A stretch of 64,000 bases of DNA from Laetmonice hystrix (taxonomy: Eukaryota): assembly GCA_965235115.1 (NCBI GenBank), contig OZ249451.1, positions 9,486,001-9,550,000 on the forward strand, written 5' to 3'. The notes under the pieces were generated by a model. That model was not told where the DNA came from and searched no databases. It saw only the letters and a program-made list of their open reading frames with translations. Of the stretch, positions 26,324-38,126 are shown piece after piece; the stretch's first letter is position 1, and each line of letters starts with the position of its first letter. Position numbers and translations under genes: made by a program.

Positions 26324-29300
26324 CACTGGGCAATGCGGTTCTAACCTTTGTCGTTGGCAGATGATGAATGTAGAGTAACACAATCGTTATGTATCACAGG
26401 TAACTTAACTTCGTCAAAAAGCCGTCACAAATCGATATTGTTTTAATGTTGAATTAAACTTCGGACACAATTTTAAACTCAATAATTACGCATTAGGAAT
26501 ATTGTCCATGCACAGTCTTTAAGATAGTATTCATACTCAGCAAAAAATCATATTATGATGCTCAGGTAACGGCTATAATCGCGAACTATAAAAACCACCT
26601 TCACCATCGAGCAGTCAAAGGATGAGCTTCTTGCAAGGATCATCTGTTAATTCATGACTTCACTGATTTCAGCAGATAAAACTACTGGTCACAATAATTG
26701 TATGCTTTTCTTCTACCCTTCAATAAATCGTGTGAGCGCCACGGTATGACGGCCTAGTGCTTCATGAGGTAACAAGAAAACTATATAGCACATCCAGCCG
26801 CAATTTGTCCCCTTCATTATGGCCGTGATATGTTATGTGAAAACACTTCCATTTAGTGCGCCACGGAGTACAAAGGATCATTTATTTGTTGATTATACAC
26901 AGGTGTTTGTCCCCACCCCCATCTTCTCATAAAAAATGTATGCGGTCGCACACATACAGCCAGCGTTTATTAGATATTCATATTACTGGATATGACATAT
27001 GAAAGGATATAGGGGTGGGTGGTTGCGTGTATGTAATATCTGAAAATAATGCACGCATGCATTATCATCGCTGGATGTAGTGAAGATTATGCGAGTATAA
27101 TCTTTAGCGTAAGAGACCCGCAATTAGGTGTCACACCAGGACAAGTGCAGTACTTGTAGAACAATTATTATATATCTCAAGAACTAAGGGCAGATAATAT
27201 TTTTCTGTAATCATTAGACCTGTGTATAATGTCATTATCATCAACGTAATCATAATTATACCTATTATCCTTATCATCTTTAATTATATAGAACCATATA
27301 ACACCATAAGAGTAGAGAAGATAGACCTACGGGAGAATATGGAAATGTTCATTTATTATATTTTAAAACTGCTGTGAAAGACGCAGCATGAGAACGTTAG
27401 GTGTACAACCGTCGTCTGTTTTACCTTTTAAAAGAATTTTTGAAACGATAAGAGGCGTTTTAGCCTGTCTTACGTGTGAATAAATACAACGTTGCCGCTG
27501 CTGCCATTGTGTCTTTGATGTCATCTTAATGCTGTGTTGGCATTGTTCTATGACCTGTATGTCATGAGCGTGTTAATACACCGCTAACATTTAAGTATCG
27601 TTACCTTCTTGTAAAAACCTGTGGAAGGCCGAGTTTTACATCACTCACAGCTGCAGTTAATGTGATTTACACGTGATGATAAGCAATATAATTTCTTTAG
27701 TTCCTACAGCATAGAACAGCACATAGCATGAGTTCTCACATGATTTGGTGGAGTAAGAATATGAAAGGAGCTGCCCTCCACTCCCCCTCCCGCTCAAATC
27801 TTGAGGAAATCAAGCAGTCCATAGCTTATAGGTGTCAGGGCCTATAGCTGATGACAACTAGGCCCGCTATACAATAGAGTTATGGCAGAAATCAAACCCC
27901 TCTTCCAGATTCCATGGTTAGACTTTTTACATTGGGGGGGGGAGATTCACGGAACATCGGAAAAAAGTTCTTCTAGTTTGTTTTTATTCCCTAATGTTTA
28001 TCCTGTTAAATGCCATGGCCTGACATTCATTACCCACTCCGATATTGAATGGTTTGTCTCCCAAATGGCTGTGAGTACGCGGGGGTCCATTAGGCCAACA
28101 CAATGAGAGAAGGACTCGGTCGTGCCACGACGCGGCGATTTCTGAGGCGTCCGTGACGTCGTGTTTGGATCTCGCGTGACTGGACGAGATCGCGCGTTTT
28201 GGCACAGCCGGCTACAATCGAACGCGCTATGTCGAGGGCCCGCCGTCTAGCCCTCATCATGTGACCCGAATCAAAACGAGGCTTGAGAGAACATCAGGTG
28301 TCACAGTGATTAATCACCTTCTGAACATTCGTGTGATATTCCAAGCTCAATATTATAGTCTTTTGGGGGTTCTATGCCATCGGAGGGGGCACCGACCTGG
28401 TGTTGGGTGAGGGTAGCCTACTTGGCTACGGTCTTTGTTCGACACGCCCTCTACCGGTCACCCTGCATGGCACTGAAGAGTTCAGAAGGTTGGACGAACA
28501 GAAACAAGTCCAAAAGGTTAACTGGACAACCAGCCGTCTTCTCACGTCATATTGCACCAGGAAATCCCGGTACAGGAACATCAGACGGAAATACAGGATT
28601 CACAATGTGTTGTCATTGCTTAATCATTATATCTATTGGCAATAGAAACCGTGATTTATACTTTAATGTGGCTACCTCTGAGACTTTAGGCAACTATTCA
28701 TATTTTTTCCATCCTTCTATTATTATAGGCGTTGGCCTGTACAGTGCAGGGGCCGGTTTTAATCGGCTGACGTGATTCACCTGTCGTGATTTGACGTTGC
28801 AAGTGACGGCAGCTACGGAATCGAACAAGGTTTTAAGAGACGCGAGTCCGACTATGAATTATGGATCCGCGGTTTCAAAGTAAAACTTTGGCTGACAACT
28901 GAGGAAAGGCTAGGTCCTCCAAGCCGGGAGGGGAACGCAGTCGATTGTCAATGTCAGCCAGTTCTTTACAAACTACATTTGGCGGCCTTTGATCACGAAT
29001 TAGAGTTTGCCATTGACGTATGGTAATTGACATTTGTATTCTTTAAGCCGACATAACAAATCCCCAACTCTTTGTTCCAATAACGTTTTGGACCTCCTCG
29101 GGTGGCGTCTCCGAATGCGCTTGAGTGGATTGTTTCCACGTTAAGGCATCTTTGACATTCGTAATTTTGGACGTTGTTTAATGTGTCTTTCCTTCCGTAA
29201 AAGACAAAGTGGCGGAGAGGCCGGGCCGATGATTGACTACTGAGACGTGCAGAGACGGAAATTGAAGGTCTCTCTCACAGGTCACGTGTATTTCTACAGA

Positions 29301-30312
29301 CCCAAGTCTGTTCAAGAAATTTTAAGCATGCACCAAAGATTCACCAATCATAGATAAACATGTACTACAGCGGATCCTGTCCAGTCCTGCTTGTCGACAG
29401 CAACGTGAAAAACATAATGTGGGTATGAAATGTATGCCCCACAGCGAGGCTCCTTTCATATTCTTTAATCCATTTTTTTCAGTCGGATGATGAGGGTGTT
29501 CTCTACGGTAGGGAAGCCGACCAAAGTGTACACAAGAATCCTTTCTTATGAACAGAACAATGAATACGTCAAGTTTTGCTTTTAGACATTTTGAATATTT
29601 TTCTTTTAAATAAAAGGGAAATGCCGTACCCGTACCTTGAATGTAGATTATTCTCTTTTTACCTATTGAAAAGGGTTTTCTTAGGTCCCATATCTCATTT
29701 TGATATGTAAATAATGCCTATTCATCAAGGCCTATTGGAGGATAGTGTTGTAGTTGCTTACAGCTTGCTTATCAAATGAAAGAATAATCACACATTGTCA
29801 CACATTGTTTTAATATCTTGTTCTTCCTAATTAGAGGTGCCTTTAAACGTGCGCATAGCCTACAGTTTAAAGCAAATTACTTTGTATTTTTTTTTCTCTA
29901 ATTACGTCTCCTGAGACATCACTGCTCTGTAACAGGTGATTGTCCTTCATTGTCGCACAAAAACAAATCCGCATCCGCGCATTTGTTTTTAATTAAAACG
30001 AAAAACGACCAGCTCCGCCTAAAGCCATTCTCGGCGTTTTGAAGTGAAACAGAATGACGTTGAACGTTGAGGGCAAATAGCACCTGCGCGACGCTCAGCG
30101 TTCGTCACCAGCGTCTCATCTGAACAAAAATAACTGGCCACGTGTTGGCGGAGACACCGACGGCGGATTAATCCGAATTAACATGGGATTATCGCTAACA
30201 CGCCGGCTATTTATTCAGTTGGCGTTCAGCGGGCCCCGCGAGGACGGCCGTCTGGTCGCGTGGCGTCAATATCCGGGGATTGATGGAGGCTTAAACTTCC
30301 GGTCAGATCTTC

Positions 30313-30326
30313 CCGCCAGGTAGCGC
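30313..30326 (+). promoter_or_regulatory. CTCF-like motif within a CpG-rich enhancer-like block (about 29950-30480)
   Basis: CCGCCAGGTAGCGC, one mismatch to the core. Confidence 0.3.
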
Positions 30327-31391
30327 TGCGATCAGCGCCACCTTCATTGGGCGTTAATTAAACCACGTGACCTCGTGTGGAGTACTCAGACTGCGCGGGT
30401 CCTGGGGGATGGCGGAGTGGCGATAGAGATGGAGCTTATGGGCGAAGTTTTACTTGGTCCCAACTTGATTAACGGCTGAAAATCGATGAGGGGTCATTCC
30501 GATAGCGTTTATGGGGATTTGTTCTACAGATGCCCAGACTCGTTCTTGGCAGAATATTTAATGATAACAGACGATGATGAAACGGTGGAACTTCATAGTT
30601 CCTGCTAAACCATTTAATACCTAAGACTGAAAGTTTAGAATACCCAAGCTTACAGAGAATACCACGCCAAGCGCCACTTTAAAAGTCTTGGAGAGGAAAT
30701 CCCATGTGCGATCCTTTCACAATACTGCGAAATGTAATCCATTGCAATCTTCATTTCATGCGGGTATTGCCACCTTGATGCTTTCAACAATTTAACATCA
30801 CTTCGTCATGAGCAAAAAACTACCAGTGTCTGCATCATACCTTATCGGACGGTTCCTTCATAATTTAAAAACCCTCAGAAGTATTGGCAGTATATTGTGT
30901 CCCGCTAAGTGCTTCTTCGTGTAGAAAAACCTGATGTAGCTTGAATTACAAAAGTGCCAATCGATTCAACCAAAATATTCGCGTCAGTTGTTAACCAAAT
31001 GTATTGAGACCTGTACGCTATAAGAAATATCATTGTCTTAACACTAATAGAGTTTATGCTTGATTGCAGGCGCATTGCTTATTGTATTTAACACACTCGC
31101 AAATGTATTAGATCTCAGAAGGCTGTTGTGTGTGTGTCTTTTATTTATCGAACCTGCATTACACCATCGTACATATTTACCAAGCATTATCATTCAGATA
31201 TCTTGTTTCACTTTACAAGAAACTTCCCGCACCTGCCTTCGTTAATGGCCTTAAGTACACGTTGTTTTCTTTGGCGAGCATTAAGTAGGCGTCACTTTTA
31301 AGTAATCACTATTGTTAGATCGTGTTAGGTGAGGAACACAGACCAGTCGTGATAACTCAAGTCATGACATCTTTAACTTATCTTTCTCTTT

Positions 31392-31917
31392 ACCGTGCCA
31401 CAAAATTAACATCAGGATGGTTTAGCTGTGCTACAAAATTAACATCAGGGTGGTACAACCGTGCCACAAAATTAACATCAGGATGGTTTAGCTGTGCTAC
31501 AAAATTAACATCAGGATGGTACAACCGTGTCACAAAATTAACATCAGGATGGTTTAGCTGTGCTACAAAATTAACATCAGGGTGGTACAACCGTGCCACA
31601 AAATTAACATCAGGATGGTTTAGCTGTGCTACAAAATTAACATCAGGATGGTACAACCGTGTCACAAAATTAACATCAGGATGGTTTAGCTGTGCCACAA
31701 AATTAACATCAGGATGGTTTAGCTGTGCTACAAAATTAACATACGGGTGGTACAACCGTGCCACAAAATTAACATCAGGATGGTTTAGCTGTGCTACAAA
31801 ATTAACATCAGGGTGGTACGCCACAAAATTAACATCAGGGTGGTACAACCATGCCACAAAATTAACATCAGGGTGGTACAGCCGTGCCACAAAATTAACA
31901 TCAGATTGGTACAACCG
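31392..31917. repeat. 33-bp minisatellite, about 16 copies, two alternating variants
   Basis: GC(C/T)ACAAAATTAACATCAGG(A/G)TGG followed alternately by TTTAGCTGT or TACAACCGT. Confidence 0.97.
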
Positions 31918-31926
31918 ATGTTAAAA

Positions 31927-32114
31927 GTGACGATGCTACAGGAATCGTTCATACTACAGACAATACAGGCACAGTTATCAGATTTGTAAACTGACATTTT
32001 ACATATTCGTCCATCATGTGGCTGGTAATGGCGACACTTTCCATATACTACTCAGTTTAAAACAAACTAGAAGTATATGGAGAGTGGTATATTGCTTCAG
32101 GCTTTTATGATAGA
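31927..32114 (+). repeat. Dispersed repeat, copy 1 (copy 2 at 36628-36818)
   Basis: Shares long exact blocks with 36628-36818, e.g. AGTTATCAGATTTGTAAACTGACATTTTACATA and CGACACTTTCCATATACTACTCAGTTTAAAACAAA. Confidence 0.92.
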
Positions 32115-32627
32115 ATTTTAAGTTACATCTACCCCTTTTGTTAGTATGAGGAACCCATTGCCCCTGTGCCTCCCTTTCCCATGTCCAGGTATATATTGCG
32201 TGCACTGTGAACAGCATCGGCTGAAATCACAGTGGACGCTTGGCGAGCGAAAAGCCGAACTACGGGGCCGACAGTTTTGGCCTAATGGTGTTTAGCACCA
32301 TGAACTGATTGTGGGACCGTGAACATATGCCGCCCAATGAACAAACTGCCCGTCAGCCCTCGCTCCCTGCCGCCAAACCGAAATGCGTCATTACGGTTTA
32401 CAAAGCGACAACATTGTAACACTAACCGATCCACTTATCAATTTCACCCATCAGCCGCAAATCTGTGTTGTGCAAATCGTGCGCGCTGCAACACGCACCG
32501 CGAACTAAGCTACGCACGCACCGCTGGAGTGGAGTGTTTATTAATTAAAACAACAGAGCATGAGTTTTTTCTGTGTTGGGTTTCACGTTGTTATCCCTGT
32601 GCGCGTTAGTGGAGGAAATCGATTAGC

Positions 32628-32642
32628 ACTGCCCCCTAGTGG
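32628..32642 (-). promoter_or_regulatory. Strong CTCF motif
   Basis: Minus strand CCACTAGGGGGCAGT(GC), a perfect match to the core with the typical downstream flank. Confidence 0.55.
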
Positions 32643-34115
32643 TGGTGACGTCGGCCACCCCGCGTCCATGCACGCCCGACATCGTGGCGGTAAACACCAA
32701 ACCCTACCCGGATCGGATTATCACTAAATCCCTTTAATATTTCAAAAATTAACGTCAAACACAATAAAACCCCCGTATTTAGCGGCTGCGAACAAAGGAG
32801 GGGTCACGTTGGGGCGTACTCTGTCAGTCGGCTCTGTGTGTTCTTTTCAGGCCAGGTTTCCGCACGGCGAGTCGAAATTAATGAACCATGCTGTTGTATC
32901 GACTATCGATAAAAGCAACTGTCAAGTGCAAGGCTCAACGCGTCCACACCAAGTCGTCATTGACGGAAGACTTTATGGGCAGACACGGGCCTTGTGTTTG
33001 CTTGTAAACCAATTAGCCCACAGTTTTTGTCTCGGTCTGAGGATTATGTTATTTATTTTTCAGATTGCAGAAATCTGCGACGGTTGCAGGAGCTGGGGGG
33101 GGACTACCACCCATTTTTAATTTTTCAAAAAAGTGATCCTATTTGAGAAGGGAATAGCGTGGGAAAGAAAGGGGTTAATTAGGAGACAAAGTATCATTGA
33201 CTAGTAAACTTTTTTTAAAGCTATAGTTTAAGTCCAGCTATCAATCATAAATGCAGGACTGCGCCGTTTTTATTTTCCAAACTTTTCTAATCTTTATGTT
33301 AGTGACGATTTTCCTCACTTTAGATCTTGATCTTTGCTTCAATATCTTTTACTTTACATACTAAAACTTTATAACCAACCTCACATCTGTAATCAAAAAG
33401 CCAAAGTCATTAAGGAAGGAAACGGGGCGTAGATCAGAAAATGTCATCTTGCTGTTGGATAGACATGATGCAGTTGGAGATCTATATACACAGACATGAT
33501 TCACGTAACTCAAGCATCCTCCAATAATTATAATCAATAAGACTGCACTCAATGGCGACATATTCATATTTACAGATGGGTGTATTCTGATCTCAAGATC
33601 CAATCGACTGTAACTACACTTGGCACTGGATGAGAACAAAAAACCAATCCACAATCAGACTATAATAGATAAGTCTATACCAATCTACCTCCTCTAATTA
33701 ACACCCCGCAAATGGTATTTATCACATGAACGGTGTGCTGTTTACAATAATCTTTTTATAAATCGAACGCTCAAGTTTCTTCCGCCGAGGAACGTTAAAT
33801 TTGCCGTGGGAAATCCTCAGGAGGATCGCTCTGTAAGACCGGGCTGGGAACACGCTCCTGTGCGGCCGGTAGGTGCAGAATCTCTGAACGGAATCGAAGG
33901 ATTCTTAGGAATTCTGGGTCTGTCTGGATTGGTTCCAGGGGAAAGGAGGCGTGAGCAATGGCTGGAAGGTGTCCAGAGGCAGCGGCCGCCGTCAGGTTGG
34001 CAACCATTCGGGTGGTGGTGTAAGAGGCCGACAAAGTGGCAACCAGTTCGGTGATGTAAGCGGCCATCAAGTTGGCAACCGGTCGGGAGATGTCGTTAGC
34101 AACCGTCATGGTGGT

Positions 34116-34610
34116 NNNNNNNNNNNNNNNNNNNNNNNNNNNNNNNNNNNNNNNNNNNNNNNNNNNNNNNNNNNNNNNNNNNNNNNNNNNNNNNNNNNNN
34201 NNNNNNNNNNNNNNNNNNNNNNNNNNNNNNNNNNNNNNNNNNNNNNNNNNNNNNNNNNNNNNNNNNNNNNNNNNNNNNNNNNNNNNNNNNNNNNNNNNNN
34301 NNNNNNNNNNNNNNNNNNNNNNNNNNNNNNNNNNNNNNNNNNNNNNNNNNNNNNNNNNNNNNNNNNNNNNNNNNNNNNNNNNNNNNNNNNNTGTGTGTCT
34401 CTCTACGTCTCTGTCTGTCTCTCCCTGTCTCTCTGTCTCTCCATGTCCATCTCTGTCTCTCTACGTCTCTGTATGTCTCTCCATATCTCTCTGTCTCTCC
34501 CTATCTCCCTGTCTCTCTCTGTCTCGCCCTATCTCTCCGTCTCTCCCTATCTCTCTCTGTCTCTCCCTGTCTTTCTCTGTCTCTCTCTGCCTCCCTCTGT
34601 CTCTCTCTGG
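34116..34610. repeat. Assembly gap (34116-34391) followed by (CT)/(CTGT)-rich microsatellite
   Basis: Direct reading. Confidence 0.97.
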
Positions 34611-36627
34611 GTGCTTTTTTTATCCTCAACTTGGTCATATTGAAGTGGTAGTTAAAACAAAAATCCTTTAGTTTGGGAAATCTTCGAAGTTTGGTCGCAG
34701 TAACTAAATCTCATAAAACACCCAAGTAGAAAAGTGAAATGTAATTTGAATTAGGCATGAGGTAAAAAGGGGGACGTAAAAGTTCAAAGATGGCGTGTTA
34801 TTTTATAAAATCCTGCCTACAAGCGATGATTGTTTTAATGTGCCACTATAGTCGGTCATTACTTTAAAGTGAGCTTCGTTTAATGGCAGCTGGCAAGAAG
34901 ATCCCTAGGTCTGTTAGACGAGTGGGACATTGCTGAAAGCCATCTTCTTGGCGCAACAATTGATGGAATCTCTTAAGCCTTCAGAAAGTTGGATGCCTCG
35001 GATGGCAGAGTTATTGTGCGCGTGCGTTTTTCCCCCATTTGTTCGTCGCCGAACACTAATTTTTATATCGCTTTCAGATAAGTGGCTCCGCAGCCTCGCT
35101 TTCAAGGAAGAAATCGACAACTGTCGGTAATTCATTGTCGACATATCCGGCACAAAACGCTGAGTGCGGCTAATGCGAAGGTCTGCCTCACACCTTGGCT
35201 AATTGCGCTAACGGCTGAGTGAAATTGATGACGTTCAGTAATTCAATGGAGGTTTTCTCCGGGATGGGGGTCAGAGAGGGGGGAGGTTAACATAGATTTT
35301 GGTCCATCGTTTGGGAGTGAATGCGCTAAAAGCTCGCTGAAATCGACAGCTTCGGATACGACATAGAGCTTCATCTCCTAAGCCTACATTTAAAGTGAAA
35401 GACTTTTTTCAATGGCGTACTCGCCAAGTTCACCTGTGTTAACTGCATTAAGAGAGAAATGAAATCAACCACTTTTAGACTTTTCACGCGAATACTCCGC
35501 GAACAATGACAGCACAATCAAACTTTGCAGTGAATCTGTAGCTTTGGTTGTTGCTATTTATGGATACAGAATAAATATAAGGACGAAATATCTTTATAGA
35601 GAATTGCTGTTAGGAATGAGAAAGAAGGAATGAACGAGGGAAAACTGAGAAAAAGGAAGATCCACGATAAAATGGGTCAAATCTGATTTGCAAAAATGCT
35701 AGGATCACTGAATGAATACACTACACAACCGGGGGATTTTCTTTCTCTTTAGATATATTTTTTAATCTTCAGATCTATAGCTCCAATATATAGAAATGTA
35801 TAGGCTTGCTGAGAATATCTTTCGTGGTTTGAATTAAAACTTAGACGGAATACAACCGCTTGCTTCCACCTTCACCAATTTAGGATCTGATTAAGATTCC
35901 AAAAAGTGCCCAAGTCTCTTCTAACGAAGACTTAAAATTGTACTATTGGCGTAGAGTCTCGTGTACTGGGAGATTTAATCGATGTATTTCTAAGCGCACT
36001 TCGTAAGATGATATCGTATTTTCAAACAACCATGTTTTTAATAGTCTTAATGCATATACATTGTAGTTCGAAGAGATAGTAAAAATAGGAAATGTTACAT
36101 CACAGAGGTATTAGGCCTATAATGTAAAGTAATGTCGGATTATTGAACGCTTTGTTACTGGAAGGAATTCAAATTAAATCTGGGGTCGCACTATACTTTT
36201 TCCTATTCCTTGCTCTTAACGGTTTCTTTCCATATTTTAATTTACTATTCATCTTTTTTTTCAATGCATGGTATACGTGATGAATAAACGCAGAGCTATT
36301 AAGACTGTAGTTTTACTCTGATAGCCTTTAGAGCATTTCTGATGTTCTGAGCGAAAGAAAAACCTTTTTACAGTTGCGACATCCCTTTTCATGAGGTGTT
36401 CATATACATTACCTAGAAATGCATAAAATACCACTCAGCTGTAGATGTACAAGAGAAGTAGAAAACTACAATCTGATGTTATCTGTATTAGAAAACGGCT
36501 ACCTGGGCATAGAGACAGGGACTGTGCAGTACATGCTTACACAGAGGTATTAATAGTCTACTCGACACTTACAATATGTCGAAGGTAAAGGTGACGATAG
36601 GAGACGTTCATACTACAGACAATACAG

Positions 36628-36818
36628 GTGACGATGCTACAGGAGTCGTTCATATTACTACAGACAATACAGGAGTTATCAGATTTGTAAACTGACATTT
36701 TACATAATATTCGTCCATCATGTGCCTGCTAATTACGACACTTTCCATATACTACTCAGTTTAAAACAAATAAGCAGTACATGGAGAGTAGTATATTGTT
36801 TCAGGTTTTTATGATAGA
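36628..36818 (+). repeat. Dispersed repeat, copy 2 (copy 1 at 31927-32114)
   Basis: Same orientation and collinear, with scattered substitutions and small indels; preceded by a partial internal duplication at about 36592-36627. Confidence 0.92.
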
Positions 36819-38010
36819 TTTGTTACAATCCACTGTCGGTTCCGCCCTTCTAAAATACATCATAATTATGTTTGTTCAAACAGACATCAGATCGGCGTGG
36901 CTAGCACAAACTAGCCCTAATTATTCATCAAATTATATGTATAACATGTCTATGTTATTGGCACGCGAGGCAGACAGAATGAATGATATAAAGAAAGGTT
37001 GAAGTATAGATTAACCAGAATCTCTCGGACCGGCAACACTACTTCATTCTAACATTGTGTGCCATAGTGTAATGAATGCCTGTGGATGTCGCCTTGGGAG
37101 CGGTCTATACCGCCGTGATCGTGGCCACAGCCGACTCCCCTGGCCGAGTCCCAATCGGTGAGTGTACGGCGCCGGGCCAAGCTCCCCCGGAGGCTCGCTT
37201 ACACAGCTGTCAGACCAGCACTGCCCCTGTCGGCGTGATTCCCTACTCCGTTACTGCTACATAAACACCATCTCCCAATGCGATTTATTGAAAGGCCCTA
37301 CGTGGGAAATGTCGAGGTGGCGGCTCTATTGGTGATTGCCCTACCGGCGACCAGCTGAGCTAAAGCTATCGGTGAGGAAAGCGTCTCGTTCCAGGCGCGA
37401 CCATCCACTTAGCGGTACGGCGTGCCGATTTAATGCACTCCTCCTACAACACACCAACTTGGACTGTAAAAACTTTTACCAAATAGAAATTGCGCCCCGA
37501 TTAGGGCTGGTGTCAGCGGTGGCGGGCGACCCCTGGCGGCCGCTTGAGGCACTAGAGGCCCTGGTGGGGGCGCTGCTGTTCCGTCCTTAAAATTGGTTCT
37601 TACAGCCAGTTCATGCGCACCTAAACTGTTAAAATCTATCAAGTTAATCATAGGGGTTCTCCACCCCCCTCCAAGAAAACGGTACGGGTAGGGAATAGTT
37701 GAGTCCTTATCTATATTGCAATAGACTGAGTTCAGTTGTTAAATAGTATTATCCTGAAGCTGTCATTACAGAAATGTGCTATAGCTTTGGATAAAAAAGG
37801 AAAGACGCTTTTTTTCCCGAAATCGATCTCTGATAGACATCTTCCTATACGTTTTGAGGTTTTAAACCAAGCATCATTTATCCAAAAATATCTATGCACA
37901 GAGCATTTTACTAAGACACTTCCTTAATTAAAAGAAAACGTACCTTTGGGCAGATGGAGTGTATAGTAATCACTTTCAAGTTTAGTGAACCGCGTCCCAG
38001 GCTATATTTT

Positions 38011-38126
38011 AAGTAGTATAGGAAAATGGCGGTAAGTAGTATAGGAAAATGGCGGTAAGTAGTATAGGAAAATGGCGGTAAGTAGTATAGGAAAATGGTG
38101 GTAAGTAGCATAGGAAAATGGCGGTA
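38011..38126. repeat. 23-bp minisatellite, 5 copies
   Basis: Unit AAGTAGTATAGGAAAATGGCGGT; period 23 checked at 38023, 38046, 38069, 38092 and 38115. Confidence 0.97.

Noticed and set aside
31322-31924. 200-aa ATKLTSGW-repeat ORF and 174-aa antisense ORF
   Set aside because: The 33-bp unit is a multiple of 3; there is no unique flanking domain and no codon-biased divergence.
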